From NCBI GenBank assembly GCA_964415965.1, contig CAYQCK010000003.1, positions 131,426 through 166,074 on the forward strand: a DNA stretch of 34,649 nucleotides, in the 5' to 3' direction. The position numbers and the translations under genes are program-made. Positions 19,063 through 27,119 of the stretch are shown here, piece after piece. Each line of letters begins with the position of its first letter. Positions within the stretch are counted from its first letter, which is position 1. This DNA comes from an uncultured Gammaproteobacteria bacterium. GTDB lineage: Bacteria > Patescibacteriota > Patescibacteriia > 2-12-FULL-60-25. The notes beneath the pieces were generated by a model, which was not told the origin of the DNA, did not search any database, and worked only from the letters and a program-made list of their open reading frames with translations.

Positions 19063-19095
19063 CCCCTCCCCCTCACCGGGGAGGGGTTTTCGTTT
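19063..19095 (+). terminator. intrinsic terminator, + strand
   Basis: CCCCTCCCC-ctcacc-GGGGAGGGG followed by TTTTCGTTT. Confidence 0.7.
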
Positions 19096-19101
19096 GCCCA
19101 G

Positions 19102-19331
19102 CCATGAACTCCAGCTGGAGCTTACCCCAGCCACCGAGCCGGGGCTGGAATGACAGGTGGGTTAGTTGGGTCGGTTGGGTTAAAGAGTCCCACTTCGCAA
19201 GTGACACGGGGGACCGGGGGTCCATGCTAAGCGTGGCGCACAGGATAACAGACGTCGGCGACACCGAGAGCGCATCATGGACCCCCGGAACTTTTGCTAC
19301 TTTTGGTTACAAAAGTAGATAGGATGGCTTT
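19102..19331 (+). repeat. copy B of the conserved structured element (full length, with 5' module)
   Basis: CCATGAACTCCAGC-[hairpin]-GCTGGAATGACA, a GT-rich spacer, then core CACTTCGCAAGTGAC...GATAGGATGGCTTT. Confidence 0.85.
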
Positions 19332-19336
19332 TGGTA

Positions 19337-19377
19337 AAAGAAAAGCCCCCTCACACCAAAGTTTCTGATGTGAGGGG
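19337..19377 (-). terminator. intrinsic terminator for the - strand lipoprotein operon
   Basis: - strand reads CCCCCCTCACATCAGAAACTTTGGTGTGAGGGGG followed by CTTTTCTTTT. Confidence 0.75.
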
Positions 19378-19395
19378 GGGCAGAGGTTTCGCCAG

Positions 19396-20154
19396 CTACC
19401 GGTGCATCCGGAAGTATGCAGAAGCAGTGTTCTGGCGGTGGGGTTCGCCGTTGTTGCGCGGAACCCCGAACATCCGAGTCATGGTCCCGACTTCGATGCC
19501 CGGGATGCCAGGGGCGCCGGGGTTGGTGACGAGGGCGAAGTCGACCTGAACTTTGCCTACGCCACCGTTGTGGGGAAGGAAGACGTACCGGACGATCATG
19601 CCCGGCGGAACCAACGCTACGCGGTCGACGCGGCCGTTGCGGCGCGTGACGTCCACGTACACCAGCTTCTCCCCTTCGCAATCCAGCGGCTTGATGTGCC
19701 CGCTCGCCCTGACCTCGACCATGAAGGTCTTGTTCAGGCTGTTGTCCACCACGAGGGTGAGCGCGGGATCAGCTCCGCAGAAGGGGCCGGCGTACTCGGG
19801 GGAGATGATGACGTTCGCCGGAGGCACTGCCATCGGCGGCTGGCCCTGAGGCACGGCTGCCGTCGGCATGAGCGGGGGCTGGCCGGTCACCGGAGGAGCG
19901 GCCTGGGTCGGCACCGCTGCGGTCTGGGCCGGCACGCTAGTCGGCTTGGCCCGCGCTTCCCGACGGTCGCTCTCCATCTTCTCCAGGCAGGCCAGGTAGA
20001 CCTCCTGAGAGGGGCTCTTCTGCCGGTCGCAGGTATCGCTGGATGAGTCGTACGCGCCTCTCCAGTCGGCGCCGGTCTTGATGGTCGCTCCGCACGCGCT
20101 GGTGAGGATCGAGACGATGATGACGAACGCTACGTACACGAGAGAACTCTTCAT
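19396..20154 (-). CDS. secreted lipoprotein (252 aa), paralog family with shared Y-x-x-CLEK motif
   Basis: Lipobox ILTSAC, Pro/Ala/Gln-rich linker, beta-rich C-terminal domain. GGAGG RBS upstream of the ATG at 20154. Confidence 0.6.
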   Translation of the reverse strand: MKSSLVYVAFVIIVSILTSACGATIKTGADWRGAYDSSSDTCDRQKSPSQEVYLACLEKMESDRREARAKPTSVPAQTAAVPTQAAPPVTGQPPLMPTAAVPQGQPPMAVPPANVIISPEYAGPFCGADPALTLVVDNSLNKTFMVEVRASGHIKPLDCEGEKLVYVDVTRRNGRVDRVALVPPGMIVRYVFLPHNGGVGKVQVDFALVTNPGAPGIPGIEVGTMTRMFGVPRNNGEPHRQNTASAYFRMHR

Positions 20155-20300
20155 TGGATTCCTCCACATTGGCGACTTGGTCGCCGTCTAGTCGATGGTT
20201 TTGGCTCGGCCCCACCCTTGCGGACGGGGCCGTCACCGGTCAACGGTTCAGCTCCACATGGCGAACTCCGAAAGAATTTCGAGTAGGGCCACCATAGCCG

Positions 20301-20879
20301 CTACTTCCTCCCCGAGTTGCCGCTGGTGCAGCAAATCGGATCCTTGGGGTTCGCCCGGCAGATCGCGTCGTGCTGGGCCTTGGTCGCCCTGGCGAGGTCC
20401 GCGACGTCCTGGTCGCTCGCTCCGCCCGACGCTCCCGGCGTGACGTAGATGCGCGCGCCGCCCGAGCTGCGCTCCATGGCGACCGCGCCGTACGGCGTCG
20501 AGTCGGGGATGATGGCCGGAGCGCAGGCCGGGGAACCCGGCAAGCACGTCCTGACCATTCCCGGCGACCCGTATCCGTATCCGCCGTATCCGTATCCGCC
20601 GTAACCAGGCATCGCTCCCGGCATGCCCCCGCCGGACGTCTGTCCGCGGCAGTACATGTCGGCCTGCGAGCTGCCCATGGTCGGCGAGTTGCGCTTGATG
20701 CACTCGTCGAACTGGGCGCGGCTGTTGATGACCGTGTCGGTCGAGGTGTTGTACGGCCCGCGGGTCGTCGTCGTCCGGCTGTAGCCGTTCGGCGTGTTGA
20801 CCTCGGTGGTCGCGCTCACCGTCCTGCAGCCCATCGTGGCGAGAACCAATGCAACCAGCACCAATACGAGCTTGCTCAT
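20301..20879 (-). CDS. Cys-rich lipoprotein with Gly/Tyr repeats (192 aa)
   Basis: Lipobox LVLATMGC, a GYGGYGYGGYGYG tract, 10 Cys, GGAG RBS, driven by the TTGACAAGA-N-TATATT promoter. Confidence 0.6.
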   Translation of the reverse strand: MSKLVLVLVALVLATMGCRTVSATTEVNTPNGYSRTTTTRGPYNTSTDTVINSRAQFDECIKRNSPTMGSSQADMYCRGQTSGGGMPGAMPGYGGYGYGGYGYGSPGMVRTCLPGSPACAPAIIPDSTPYGAVAMERSSGGARIYVTPGASGGASDQDVADLARATKAQHDAICRANPKDPICCTSGNSGRK

Positions 20880-20973
20880 GTGATGATCTCCTTCGGGCTA
20901 TGCCCGATTTTCGGTTGTCGAAGCCGTCCCAGCTGAAGTTTCGCACTTGGCTACACCTTCAGTAGAACAAACA

Positions 20974-21002
20974 AATATAACACAAAAAGCCATTCTTGTC
21001 AA
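20974..21002 (-). promoter_or_regulatory. sigma70-like promoter (TTGACA-17-TATATT) for the 20879 gene
   Basis: - strand reads CTTGACAAGAATGGCTTTTTGTGTTATATTTGTTTGTTC. This is near-identical to the promoters at 24867-24895, 22008-22036 and 34465-34493. Confidence 0.6.
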
Positions 21003-21083
21003 GCCCCACCAGACAAAAAATATAGCTCAACAGAGCCCAATAATAGTGGCTTAACTAAGCCAATAAACCGAGAATATACGGCT

Positions 21084-21298
21084 TGGATTCCAGCTAGAGT
21101 CCACCCTGGCCACCGAGCCGGGGCTGGGATGACAGGACAAGGAAGCGAAAGAACCTCGTTTCGCAAGTGACCACGGGGGTCTGGGGGTCCGCGCCAAGCG
21201 TGGTGGCAGGATAACTAACGTCGGCGACACCGAGAGCGGCATCGCGGACCCCCAGGACTTTTGCTACTTTTGGTCACAAAAGTAGATAGAAAGGCTTT
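21084..21298 (+). repeat. copy C of the conserved structured element
   Basis: TTGGATTCCAGC-[hairpin]-GCTGGGATGACA...CGTTTCGCAAGTGACC...GATAGAAAGGCTTT. Confidence 0.85.
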
Positions 21299-21305
21299 CA
21301 ATTTT

Positions 21306-21520
21306 ATGACCAACCATGGATTCCAGCTTTCGCTGGAATGACACGTGGGTTAGTTGGGTCGGTTAGGTTAAAGAGTCCCACTTCGCAAGTGACAAGGGGG
21401 ACCGGGGGTCCGCGCCAAGCGTGGTACGCAAAAACGCAAACGCCCGCGACACCGAGAGCGGCATCGCGGACCCCCGGAACTTTTGCTACTTTTGGTTACA
21501 AAAGTAGAGAGAAGGGCTTT
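21306..21520 (+). repeat. copy D of the conserved structured element, in tandem with C
   Basis: ATGACCAACCATGGATTCCAGC-tttc-GCTGGAATGACA...CACTTCGCAAGTGAC...GAGAGAAGGGCTTTT. Confidence 0.85.
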
Positions 21521-21537
21521 TGCCGACAATATAGATA

Positions 21538-21570
21538 AAGCCGCGGAAACAAGTGTCTCCGCGGCTTTGC
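21538..21570. terminator. bidirectional intrinsic terminator
   Basis: AAAGCCGCGGAAACAAGTGTCTCCGCGGCTTT with a T-run on both strands. It ends the - gene 21590..21940 and any + transcript covering C-D. Confidence 0.7.
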
Positions 21571-21589
21571 GTGGCGGGAAGCGCTGGGC

Positions 21590-21940
21590 TTAGTAGCCGT
21601 ACGGCCGGCCGGGTGAGGACCAGCGGTTGTAGCCCGGGGTGCCGTAGTTGCCGTAGCTCGGGTAGTAGCCTCCGGCCTGGTACACCGGCAGCTGTCCGGG
21701 ACGACCCGCGCGGATCCAGTAGCCGCACTCTTCGGCGGCGCCCGGATAGCCCGCGTTCTTCTCCAGACACAGCTGGTAGGCCGACTTCTCGGCCGTGTCT
21801 GAAGTGACCTCGGTCGAGAACAAACCAACATCAGATCTGCGTGCATGCGCCATTTCCGGCGTCGTATCACGCACCGTGGTCGTGTGGCCGCAGCCAGCGA
21901 GGGCGAACGCCAACATCATGGTAATGAGCAAAGGCTTCAT
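21590..21940 (-). CDS. small secreted lipoprotein (116 aa) with the AYQLCLEK motif
   Basis: Start trimmed to MKPLLITMMLAFALAGC (lipobox) with GGAGAG RBS. Tyr/Gly/Pro-rich C-terminus. Confidence 0.6.
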   Translation of the reverse strand: MKPLLITMMLAFALAGCGHTTTVRDTTPEMAHARRSDVGLFSTEVTSDTAEKSAYQLCLEKNAGYPGAAEECGYWIRAGRPGQLPVYQAGGYYPSYGNYGTPGYNRWSSPGRPYGY

Positions 21941-22007
21941 CTCAACTCTCCCAGACAGCCAGAGTGGCCGTCTTTTCTTGATGGTTTGAAGATTCGGGGA
22001 ACGTATA

Positions 22008-22036
22008 TGTATACCATTTTTCCGTGTTTTTGTCAA
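22008..22036 (-). promoter_or_regulatory. sigma70-like promoter (TTGACA-17-TATACA)
   Basis: - strand reads GGGTTGACAAAAACACGGAAAAATGGTATACAT. Confidence 0.55.
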
Positions 22037-22057
22037 CCCTCCAGGGTATTTTCCGGC

Positions 22058-22096
22058 AAAGAAAAACCCCCTCGCCTGCGAGTGCAGGGAGGGGGT
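22058..22096 (-). terminator. intrinsic terminator after the VirB6-like gene
   Basis: - strand reads CCCCCTCCCTGCACTCGCAGGCGAGGGGG followed by TTTTTCTTT. Confidence 0.7.
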
Positions 22097-22134
22097 TGAG
22101 AGCCGCGTTGCGCGGCCCAAGGAGCGGCCTGACG

Positions 22135-23823
22135 TCACTTGCAGACGTCAGGATGCCTGGCGCAGTACGCGTCCAGGCCGGGGTTGCCCGAGCAGTTGCC
22201 GTTAGGGCAGTTCCGGACCACGACCGGAGGGGTCGTCGAGGTGGGCGGGGGCGCCACGCTCTTGTCCGGGACCTTGACCAGCACTTCCTGGCTCAGCTCG
22301 GTCTCGCCCGAAGCGTAGACCGCAGCCACGCGGTAAGCGTAGGTCGTGCCCGCGACCACCGTCGCGTCGTCGTAGTGGGTGACGCCGTTGGCCAGCGCGT
22401 TGAACGCCGTCCAATTCGTCTCGCCCACTGCCCGGCGCTCGTAACGGTAGCCCTTGGCTGCCTTCGGGATCTCGGGGTAGGTCAGCCTGACCTTGCCGTC
22501 GACGATGTTCGCCTGGGGCGCGAACATCTTCGAGAGCGAAGTGCCTTCCTTCAGGTTGAAGGTGTCGGCCTTGCCCCACGAGAAGATCGTGATGCACAGG
22601 CTGCCGATGGCCAGGAACATCATGAGGATGAACGACGCGGCCAGCAGCTGGCGGGCGCGCCGCGGGGCTCCCGTGGCGTCCTCGTCCGGCCAGCACATCC
22701 AGCCGACGAACCCGGTGAACAGGGCGCCGCAGAGCGCCGCGTACCACGGGAACCCGACGAACTTCTTGTCGCCGATGCCGAGGACCCACTTGATGGCGCC
22801 GATGGCCACGTCCACGATGCCGCCCAGGAGCGCGCCGATCTGGATGACCAGAGCGTCGAACTTGACCTGCAGCGGAGGGAAGAAGACCACGAGCGCGAGG
22901 AGCACGAGGAGCGCGTACCCGGCGTACACCAGGGAGCGCGCCGCCCGCTGCCGCCAGCTGAGCGTGTCGATGCCGTTGTTCTCCGCGTTCTCGAAGGAGA
23001 GGTAGGAGAAGATCCCGGCCAGCGTCGTCAGTACGAGCACCGACGGGAAGGGCATGAGCACGCCGATGGCGAGGACCGGCAAGAGCGCCGAATTGATCCG
23101 CGCTTTGGCCCGCTTGATGGCCGGTTTGAACATCTCCTGGTCGGCCAGGTTGATGTCCACGTTCGCCAGGCCCCTGAGGCCGGCCGTGATGAGCGTCTTC
23201 GCGATGCTCACGATGGCGTTGCTCGAGCCTTCGGCGAAGTCCACGCCCAGCTTGGCCATGTGCGCCACCAGGTCCACGACCATGAACAGCACTTCGCGGG
23301 CCATCAGGATGTACACCACCCCGAGGACGGCCAGCATGCGCGCGTCCATGAGCGGAGCCAGGTTGACCGGATCGGCGACCACGTTCCCGACCGCCAGATG
23401 CGCGGCCAGGAAGAACCAGACGCCGAGCGAGAGCAGGCCGAGGAATGAAGCCGAAATCACGGTCATGACCGAGAAGTCGTCCAGCGGACGGAGTCCGTTC
23501 ACGACAATCCAGGCCGAGAAACCGCTGGCGATCAGCAGCCCGACGATCCACGCCGACTGCGGCACGGTCGTACCGAGCGCGAGGAGCATGGCGCCGAAGA
23601 CGCCGACGAACAGCACGCCGACCACGACCCAGCCGATCCGGCGGAACGCCGGAGCGATGAGCGTGTCGTACGCCAGTCCCGCCAGGTCGACGAGCGCCTG
23701 GCCGGTCGCGGCGAACATGTTGCCGATGGCCGTCAGGAGCGCGCCGCCGCCCAGGAACTGGACGACCGCCACGAAGCCGACGAGCACGACGATCGAAAGC
23801 AATACCACTACCATGAGCTGCAT
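22135..23823 (-). CDS. VirB6/TrbL-like polytopic membrane protein with C-terminal FN3-like domain and Cys-rich tail
   Basis: About 10 TM helices across 430 aa, then a soluble C-terminus (TYPEIPKAAKGYRYERRAVGETNWTAF...YAYRVAAVYASGETELS) and CPNGNCSGNPGLDAYCARHPDVCK. Start trimmed to the ATG at 23823. Confidence 0.45.
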   Translation of the reverse strand: MQLMVVVLLSIVVLVGFVAVVQFLGGGALLTAIGNMFAATGQALVDLAGLAYDTLIAPAFRRIGWVVVGVLFVGVFGAMLLALGTTVPQSAWIVGLLIASGFSAWIVVNGLRPLDDFSVMTVISASFLGLLSLGVWFFLAAHLAVGNVVADPVNLAPLMDARMLAVLGVVYILMAREVLFMVVDLVAHMAKLGVDFAEGSSNAIVSIAKTLITAGLRGLANVDINLADQEMFKPAIKRAKARINSALLPVLAIGVLMPFPSVLVLTTLAGIFSYLSFENAENNGIDTLSWRQRAARSLVYAGYALLVLLALVVFFPPLQVKFDALVIQIGALLGGIVDVAIGAIKWVLGIGDKKFVGFPWYAALCGALFTGFVGWMCWPDEDATGAPRRARQLLAASFILMMFLAIGSLCITIFSWGKADTFNLKEGTSLSKMFAPQANIVDGKVRLTYPEIPKAAKGYRYERRAVGETNWTAFNALANGVTHYDDATVVAGTTYAYRVAAVYASGETELSQEVLVKVPDKSVAPPPTSTTPPVVVRNCPNGNCSGNPGLDAYCARHPDVCK

Positions 23824-23881
23824 TTTCAATCTCCTTCTGTCCGGGCCCGATTCCGGGCCCGGACCGGTTGTCAGACGCTCG

Positions 23882-24769
23882 CTACCATTCCCGCCGAGCT
23901 TTCGCCCGACGGGCTGCGATCTTGGAGCGGACACCGTCGACCGCTCCCGTGAGGCTGTCCACTCCAGTGGCCATCTCCTTCAGGGCCGCATCAGGCTTGT
24001 CGACGAGCTCCTCAGCCTTCTTGCCGAAGGCGCCGAAGAACTTCTTCTTGGCCTTCTCGAGCGTGCCCATGATGCCTCCGGCTTCCGGCGGCTTGATGTC
24101 GCCGTAGGCCAGCTTGAGGTGGGCGATCCAGGTGTCCTTGTCGAGGTCGATGAGGGTGAGCATGAGGTTGAAAAGTTCCCACCTGTTGCCCACGATCTTT
24201 GCCCGATACGTCTCGAACGCCTTCTTGTCCTCTTCGGACAGGCTGGCGTGCTTGGCTTGGAACGCCCTCTGCCGCGCGACCTCGAGCGAGAGCAGCGCCG
24301 AGCTGAACGTCGCGCTCTCGAGCAGGAGACTCCGGGCCTTTTCCTTGGCCTCGGCCGTCGCCTTGCTCAGGTCCTGCTCCGTGATCTTGCCCTTGGTCCG
24401 CTGGGCATGTCCCAGCCCGTGGATGAAGCTATCGATCGCCTCGTCCAACAGGCTGATGTACTCCTCGGGGACGCCGAGCGACTTGAGGCCGGTGCGGACA
24501 AGCTTGGGGTTCTGGATGAGCGCCGCGGCTCCGGCTGTCACCAGGCCTGCGGCATGGGTGCCGATGAGGCTCTCGACCGCGTCGAGGCCGCGCGACATCC
24601 ACGGCTGGTTGGCCACTCGGCCGCCCAACCCGCCCGCCACGACCTGCACCAGGTTCGAGAAGAACCTGACGTAGAACCGCGGATCGGACGCCATATCCTT
24701 GGCTTCTTCCTTGCCCTTCTTGCCGCGCCTGCCGCCACCAGAGTCATCCCTGCCCGTATCTTCTGGCAT
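23882..24769 (-). CDS. hypothetical protein (295 aa), first gene of the VirB6-like operon
   Basis: GGAGAAGGA RBS upstream of the trimmed start. Helical, Lys/Ala/Glu-rich C-terminal half. Confidence 0.5.
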   Translation of the reverse strand: MPEDTGRDDSGGGRRGKKGKEEAKDMASDPRFYVRFFSNLVQVVAGGLGGRVANQPWMSRGLDAVESLIGTHAAGLVTAGAAALIQNPKLVRTGLKSLGVPEEYISLLDEAIDSFIHGLGHAQRTKGKITEQDLSKATAEAKEKARSLLLESATFSSALLSLEVARQRAFQAKHASLSEEDKKAFETYRAKIVGNRWELFNLMLTLIDLDKDTWIAHLKLAYGDIKPPEAGGIMGTLEKAKKKFFGAFGKKAEELVDKPDAALKEMATGVDSLTGAVDGVRSKIAARRAKARREW

Positions 24770-24866
24770 GTTCGTTTCCTTCTCCCCCGTTTGGGGGTTC
24801 TTCTGTTGCCGAAGTTGCCGCTCCTTGGGCGCGTCCCCGAATGGGACACTCCTCAAAGAACAAACA

Positions 24867-24895
24867 AATATAGCACAAAACCCCCTTTTTGTCAA
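24867..24895 (-). promoter_or_regulatory. sigma70-like promoter (TTGACA-17-TATATT)
   Basis: - strand reads CTCTTGACAAAAAGGGGGTTTTGTGCTATATTTGTTTGTTC. The first ~25 nt of the transcript are near-identical to the 20974 promoter transcript. Confidence 0.6.
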
Positions 24896-25021
24896 GAGTG
24901 CCATTAACAAAAATGTCGCTCAACTGAGCCATTTTTTACCCAAATTATTTGGCTTTGTTGAGCGATTTATTCTAAGCGCCGTTAAGAAAATGGTGGATAT
25001 GTGCTTTTTAGCCATGACCAG

Positions 25022-25213
25022 CCATGGATTCCAGCTTGCACTGTAATGACAGCGGGGGGGCGGAAGAGTCACACTTCGCAAGTGACCTCGGGGGTCTGGG
25101 GGTCCGCGCCAAGCGTAGCGGCAAGATGACTGACGTCGGCGACACCGAGAGCGGCATCGCGGACCCCCAGGACTTTTGCTACTTTTGGTCACAAAAGTAG
25201 ATAGGAGGGCTTT
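25022..25213 (+). repeat. copy E of the conserved structured element (degenerate 5' module)
   Basis: CCATGGATTCCAGCTTGCACTGTAATGACA...CACTTCGCAAGTGACC...GATAGGAGGGCTTT. Confidence 0.85.
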
Positions 25214-25220
25214 CTGTTTT

Positions 25221-25458
25221 ATGGCCAACCATGGATTCCAGCTGGAGTTTACCCCGGCCACCAAGCCGGGGCTGGAATGACGGATGGATCAGGTGGGTTA
25301 GGTGGGTCAAAGAGCCCCGTTTCGCAAGTGACACGGGGGACCGGGGGTCCATGCTAAGCGTGGCGCACAGGATAACCCGCATTCGCGACACCGAGAGCGC
25401 ATCATGGACCCCCGGAACTTTTGCTACTTTTGGTCACAAAAGTAGATAGGATGGCTTT
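25221..25458 (+). repeat. copy F of the conserved structured element, in tandem with E
   Basis: ATGGCCAACCATGGATTCCAGC-[hairpin]-GCTGGAATGAC...CGTTTCGCAAGTGAC...GATAGGATGGCTTT. Confidence 0.85.
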
Positions 25459-25469
25459 ATGCCTTTTAC

Positions 25470-27071
25470 CTACAGCCTAACTTCAAAAGTCACGCCATCT
25501 TCAGTCTCCTTAAGTTTCAGAAACCGAGGATCCGATTCGATGAGCTTCAGGAATTGCCTATGGATTTCACGCTTGCTAATGAAAACGAATCTCGAGTCGA
25601 GCCGATCATGGATCAATTCCCAAGCTTGCTCCTTGGTCGTGCTCGTCATGCCCCAGGTGAGGTTCCTGACATCGTCCGACAAAGTCGAGGACGCGACGTA
25701 GAGGAAAGTCGGGTCCATGCCTGAGACATAACGCAATCGGTCATCGGCCGCGAACAGCATCGGGAACTCGTCCCAGCTCGAATGGAACACGCGGTCTCCC
25801 GGTTGCGCCAACTTCGCGACGGCTTCAAAGCTGCCGCGATAAGCTGTGTCCGGATAGTTCGCCGGGTGCAGGCTCCGCCAGATGCCTTGGACCTCGCGCC
25901 CGGCCAAACCAAGCGCCAAAACGCCCACAAGAATCAGCAAGGCCGATAGCCCGCGCTTCCCCAACACCCTGAGGCTATCCTTGGCCTCGGCCGCCAAACG
26001 GCGCGCGTCGACCATGCTCCAGATTGCGCCGCACCAGATGGCCACGGCCGGCGCCAGATATTCGGTCGTGCGTCGGCTCTTGAGGGTCAAGGCGAAAAAA
26101 GCCGCCACTAATAAGCCAGAAGACAGGCATAAAGCCGCCTTCTCGCGGTCCGCCGGACGGCGCGGCGCCAGCGCCAGCCCGGCCAGGCCCAGCAGCAAAT
26201 CGATGATCCAGGGCGCATACGCCGTGACCAAATGCGTGGCTTCAGGCGGCAGCCACTCGGTGCCCATGACAACCTTGCCCATGGGCGTGCCCAGGCCGAT
26301 GATGAAAACCTGCGTCCAGCTGAACAAGAAATTCTCCGGGAAATTCGGATGGACAAGCATCCCGAACAGTCCCCCGGCCAGGACCGCCGCGACCTCCTTC
26401 CACAGCCCGTGCTTCAAGGCCTGGACGAACCGCATCCCGCCCAAATCCCTGTCGGCGACCAAACGACCGAAGGCCAGGACCGTCGCCGCACCGGCCAGAT
26501 AGGGCCAACCGCCGTGCGACAACGCATAGGTCGCCGCGATGGCGAACGCCGCCCACGGCCGCCGTCGCCACACGGCCAGGATGCCGAGCAGGAACAACGC
26601 GATAGCCAAGGGCGAAGCCTTGCCCAACAGGATCCGCGTCACGAACGGCTGGGTCACGGCCAACACGGTCACCCAAATCCCCGGCCTCCAGACCCCGAAC
26701 GCGCGCAAAACGGCATACGCCGCCGCCAGGCAGGCCGCAGCCAAAGCCACGCTCGCGATGCGCAATCCCTGGAATGGGCCGAAAACCGCCGTGGCCGGCG
26801 CGACCAGGACATGGAACAGGAAATGCAGGTCCGCGTAATGCTGTCCGACGGACGTCAGATCAAGCCAGGGAAATGTATTCAACGGCCCATGCGCCCAAAG
26901 CAACGCCGACGTTTTGGCGTGGTAAAAAGCATCCGGGTCATTGAACCCGTCCCAAGGCATCAGGACCGAGAAATACGCCAGGCCGAACAAAAAAACCCCG
27001 ACAGCCCTCTTCAAACCATCGACTCTCGACTCACGAATACATGCCTTGATCACCCCCGAACTATAACACAA
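25470..27071 (-). CDS. polytopic membrane protein, probable GT-C-type glycosyltransferase (ArnT/PMT-like) with C-terminal soluble domain
   Basis: About 12 TM helices over 400 aa plus a ~130 aa C-terminal domain, last gene of the galU-pilin operon. Family call is tentative. Confidence 0.4.
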   Translation of the reverse strand: MCYSSGVIKACIRESRVDGLKRAVGVFLFGLAYFSVLMPWDGFNDPDAFYHAKTSALLWAHGPLNTFPWLDLTSVGQHYADLHFLFHVLVAPATAVFGPFQGLRIASVALAAACLAAAYAVLRAFGVWRPGIWVTVLAVTQPFVTRILLGKASPLAIALFLLGILAVWRRRPWAAFAIAATYALSHGGWPYLAGAATVLAFGRLVADRDLGGMRFVQALKHGLWKEVAAVLAGGLFGMLVHPNFPENFLFSWTQVFIIGLGTPMGKVVMGTEWLPPEATHLVTAYAPWIIDLLLGLAGLALAPRRPADREKAALCLSSGLLVAAFFALTLKSRRTTEYLAPAVAIWCGAIWSMVDARRLAAEAKDSLRVLGKRGLSALLILVGVLALGLAGREVQGIWRSLHPANYPDTAYRGSFEAVAKLAQPGDRVFHSSWDEFPMLFAADDRLRYVSGMDPTFLYVASSTLSDDVRNLTWGMTSTTKEQAWELIHDRLDSRFVFISKREIHRQFLKLIESDPRFLKLKETEDGVTFEVRL

Positions 27072-27119
27072 CCCCCGCTGGTTGGCGGGGGCTGCATCTG
27101 TTCGTTGCGCAACGAACTC

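Noticed and set aside
18288-19095. tmRNA (ssrA) or RNase P RNA in the structured non-coding stretch next to tRNA-Ser
   Set aside because: No CTCCACCA-type 3' end and no tag-peptide frame ending in a hydrophobic ALAA-like tail. No GGAAAGTCCGGGC/ACAGAACCCGGCTTA-type RNase P P4 signature on either strand.
19104-19322. 72-aa ORFs inside element copies B (19104..19322) and F (25231..25449) with similar translations (M[ND]SSWSLP.PPSRGWND...TESASWTPGTFATFG.KSR), suggesting a small conserved protein
   Set aside because: Other copies of the same element (C, D, E, G, A) differ from B and F by indels that are not multiples of three (for example GAGAGCGCATCATGG versus GAGAGCGGCATCGCGG, and GTGACACGGGGGACC versus GTGACCACGGGGGTCT). 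Nucleotide conservation continues across these frame shifts, so the conservation is at the RNA/DNA level and the ORF is incidental.
21051-21242. Short ORFs across element copies (21051..21242, 21338..21538, 25179..25391, 32378..32578, 32611..32868, 19073..19264)
   Set aside because: They lie inside the non-coding repeated element on either strand, and their reading frames are not conserved between copies.
22024-24907. Long + strand ORFs 22024..23448 (474 aa) and 23054..24907 (617 aa)
   Set aside because: They are Arg/Ala/Gly/Pro-rich low-complexity translations, typical of antisense frames in high-GC DNA. The - strand VirB6-like gene (hydrophobic, with helix periodicity) and the hypothetical gene with RBS and promoter are the real ones. 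The same logic rejects 3543..4799, 6031..7059, 6207..6776, 7849..9138, 12449..13432, 14393..14962, 30308..31438 and 30484..31455.
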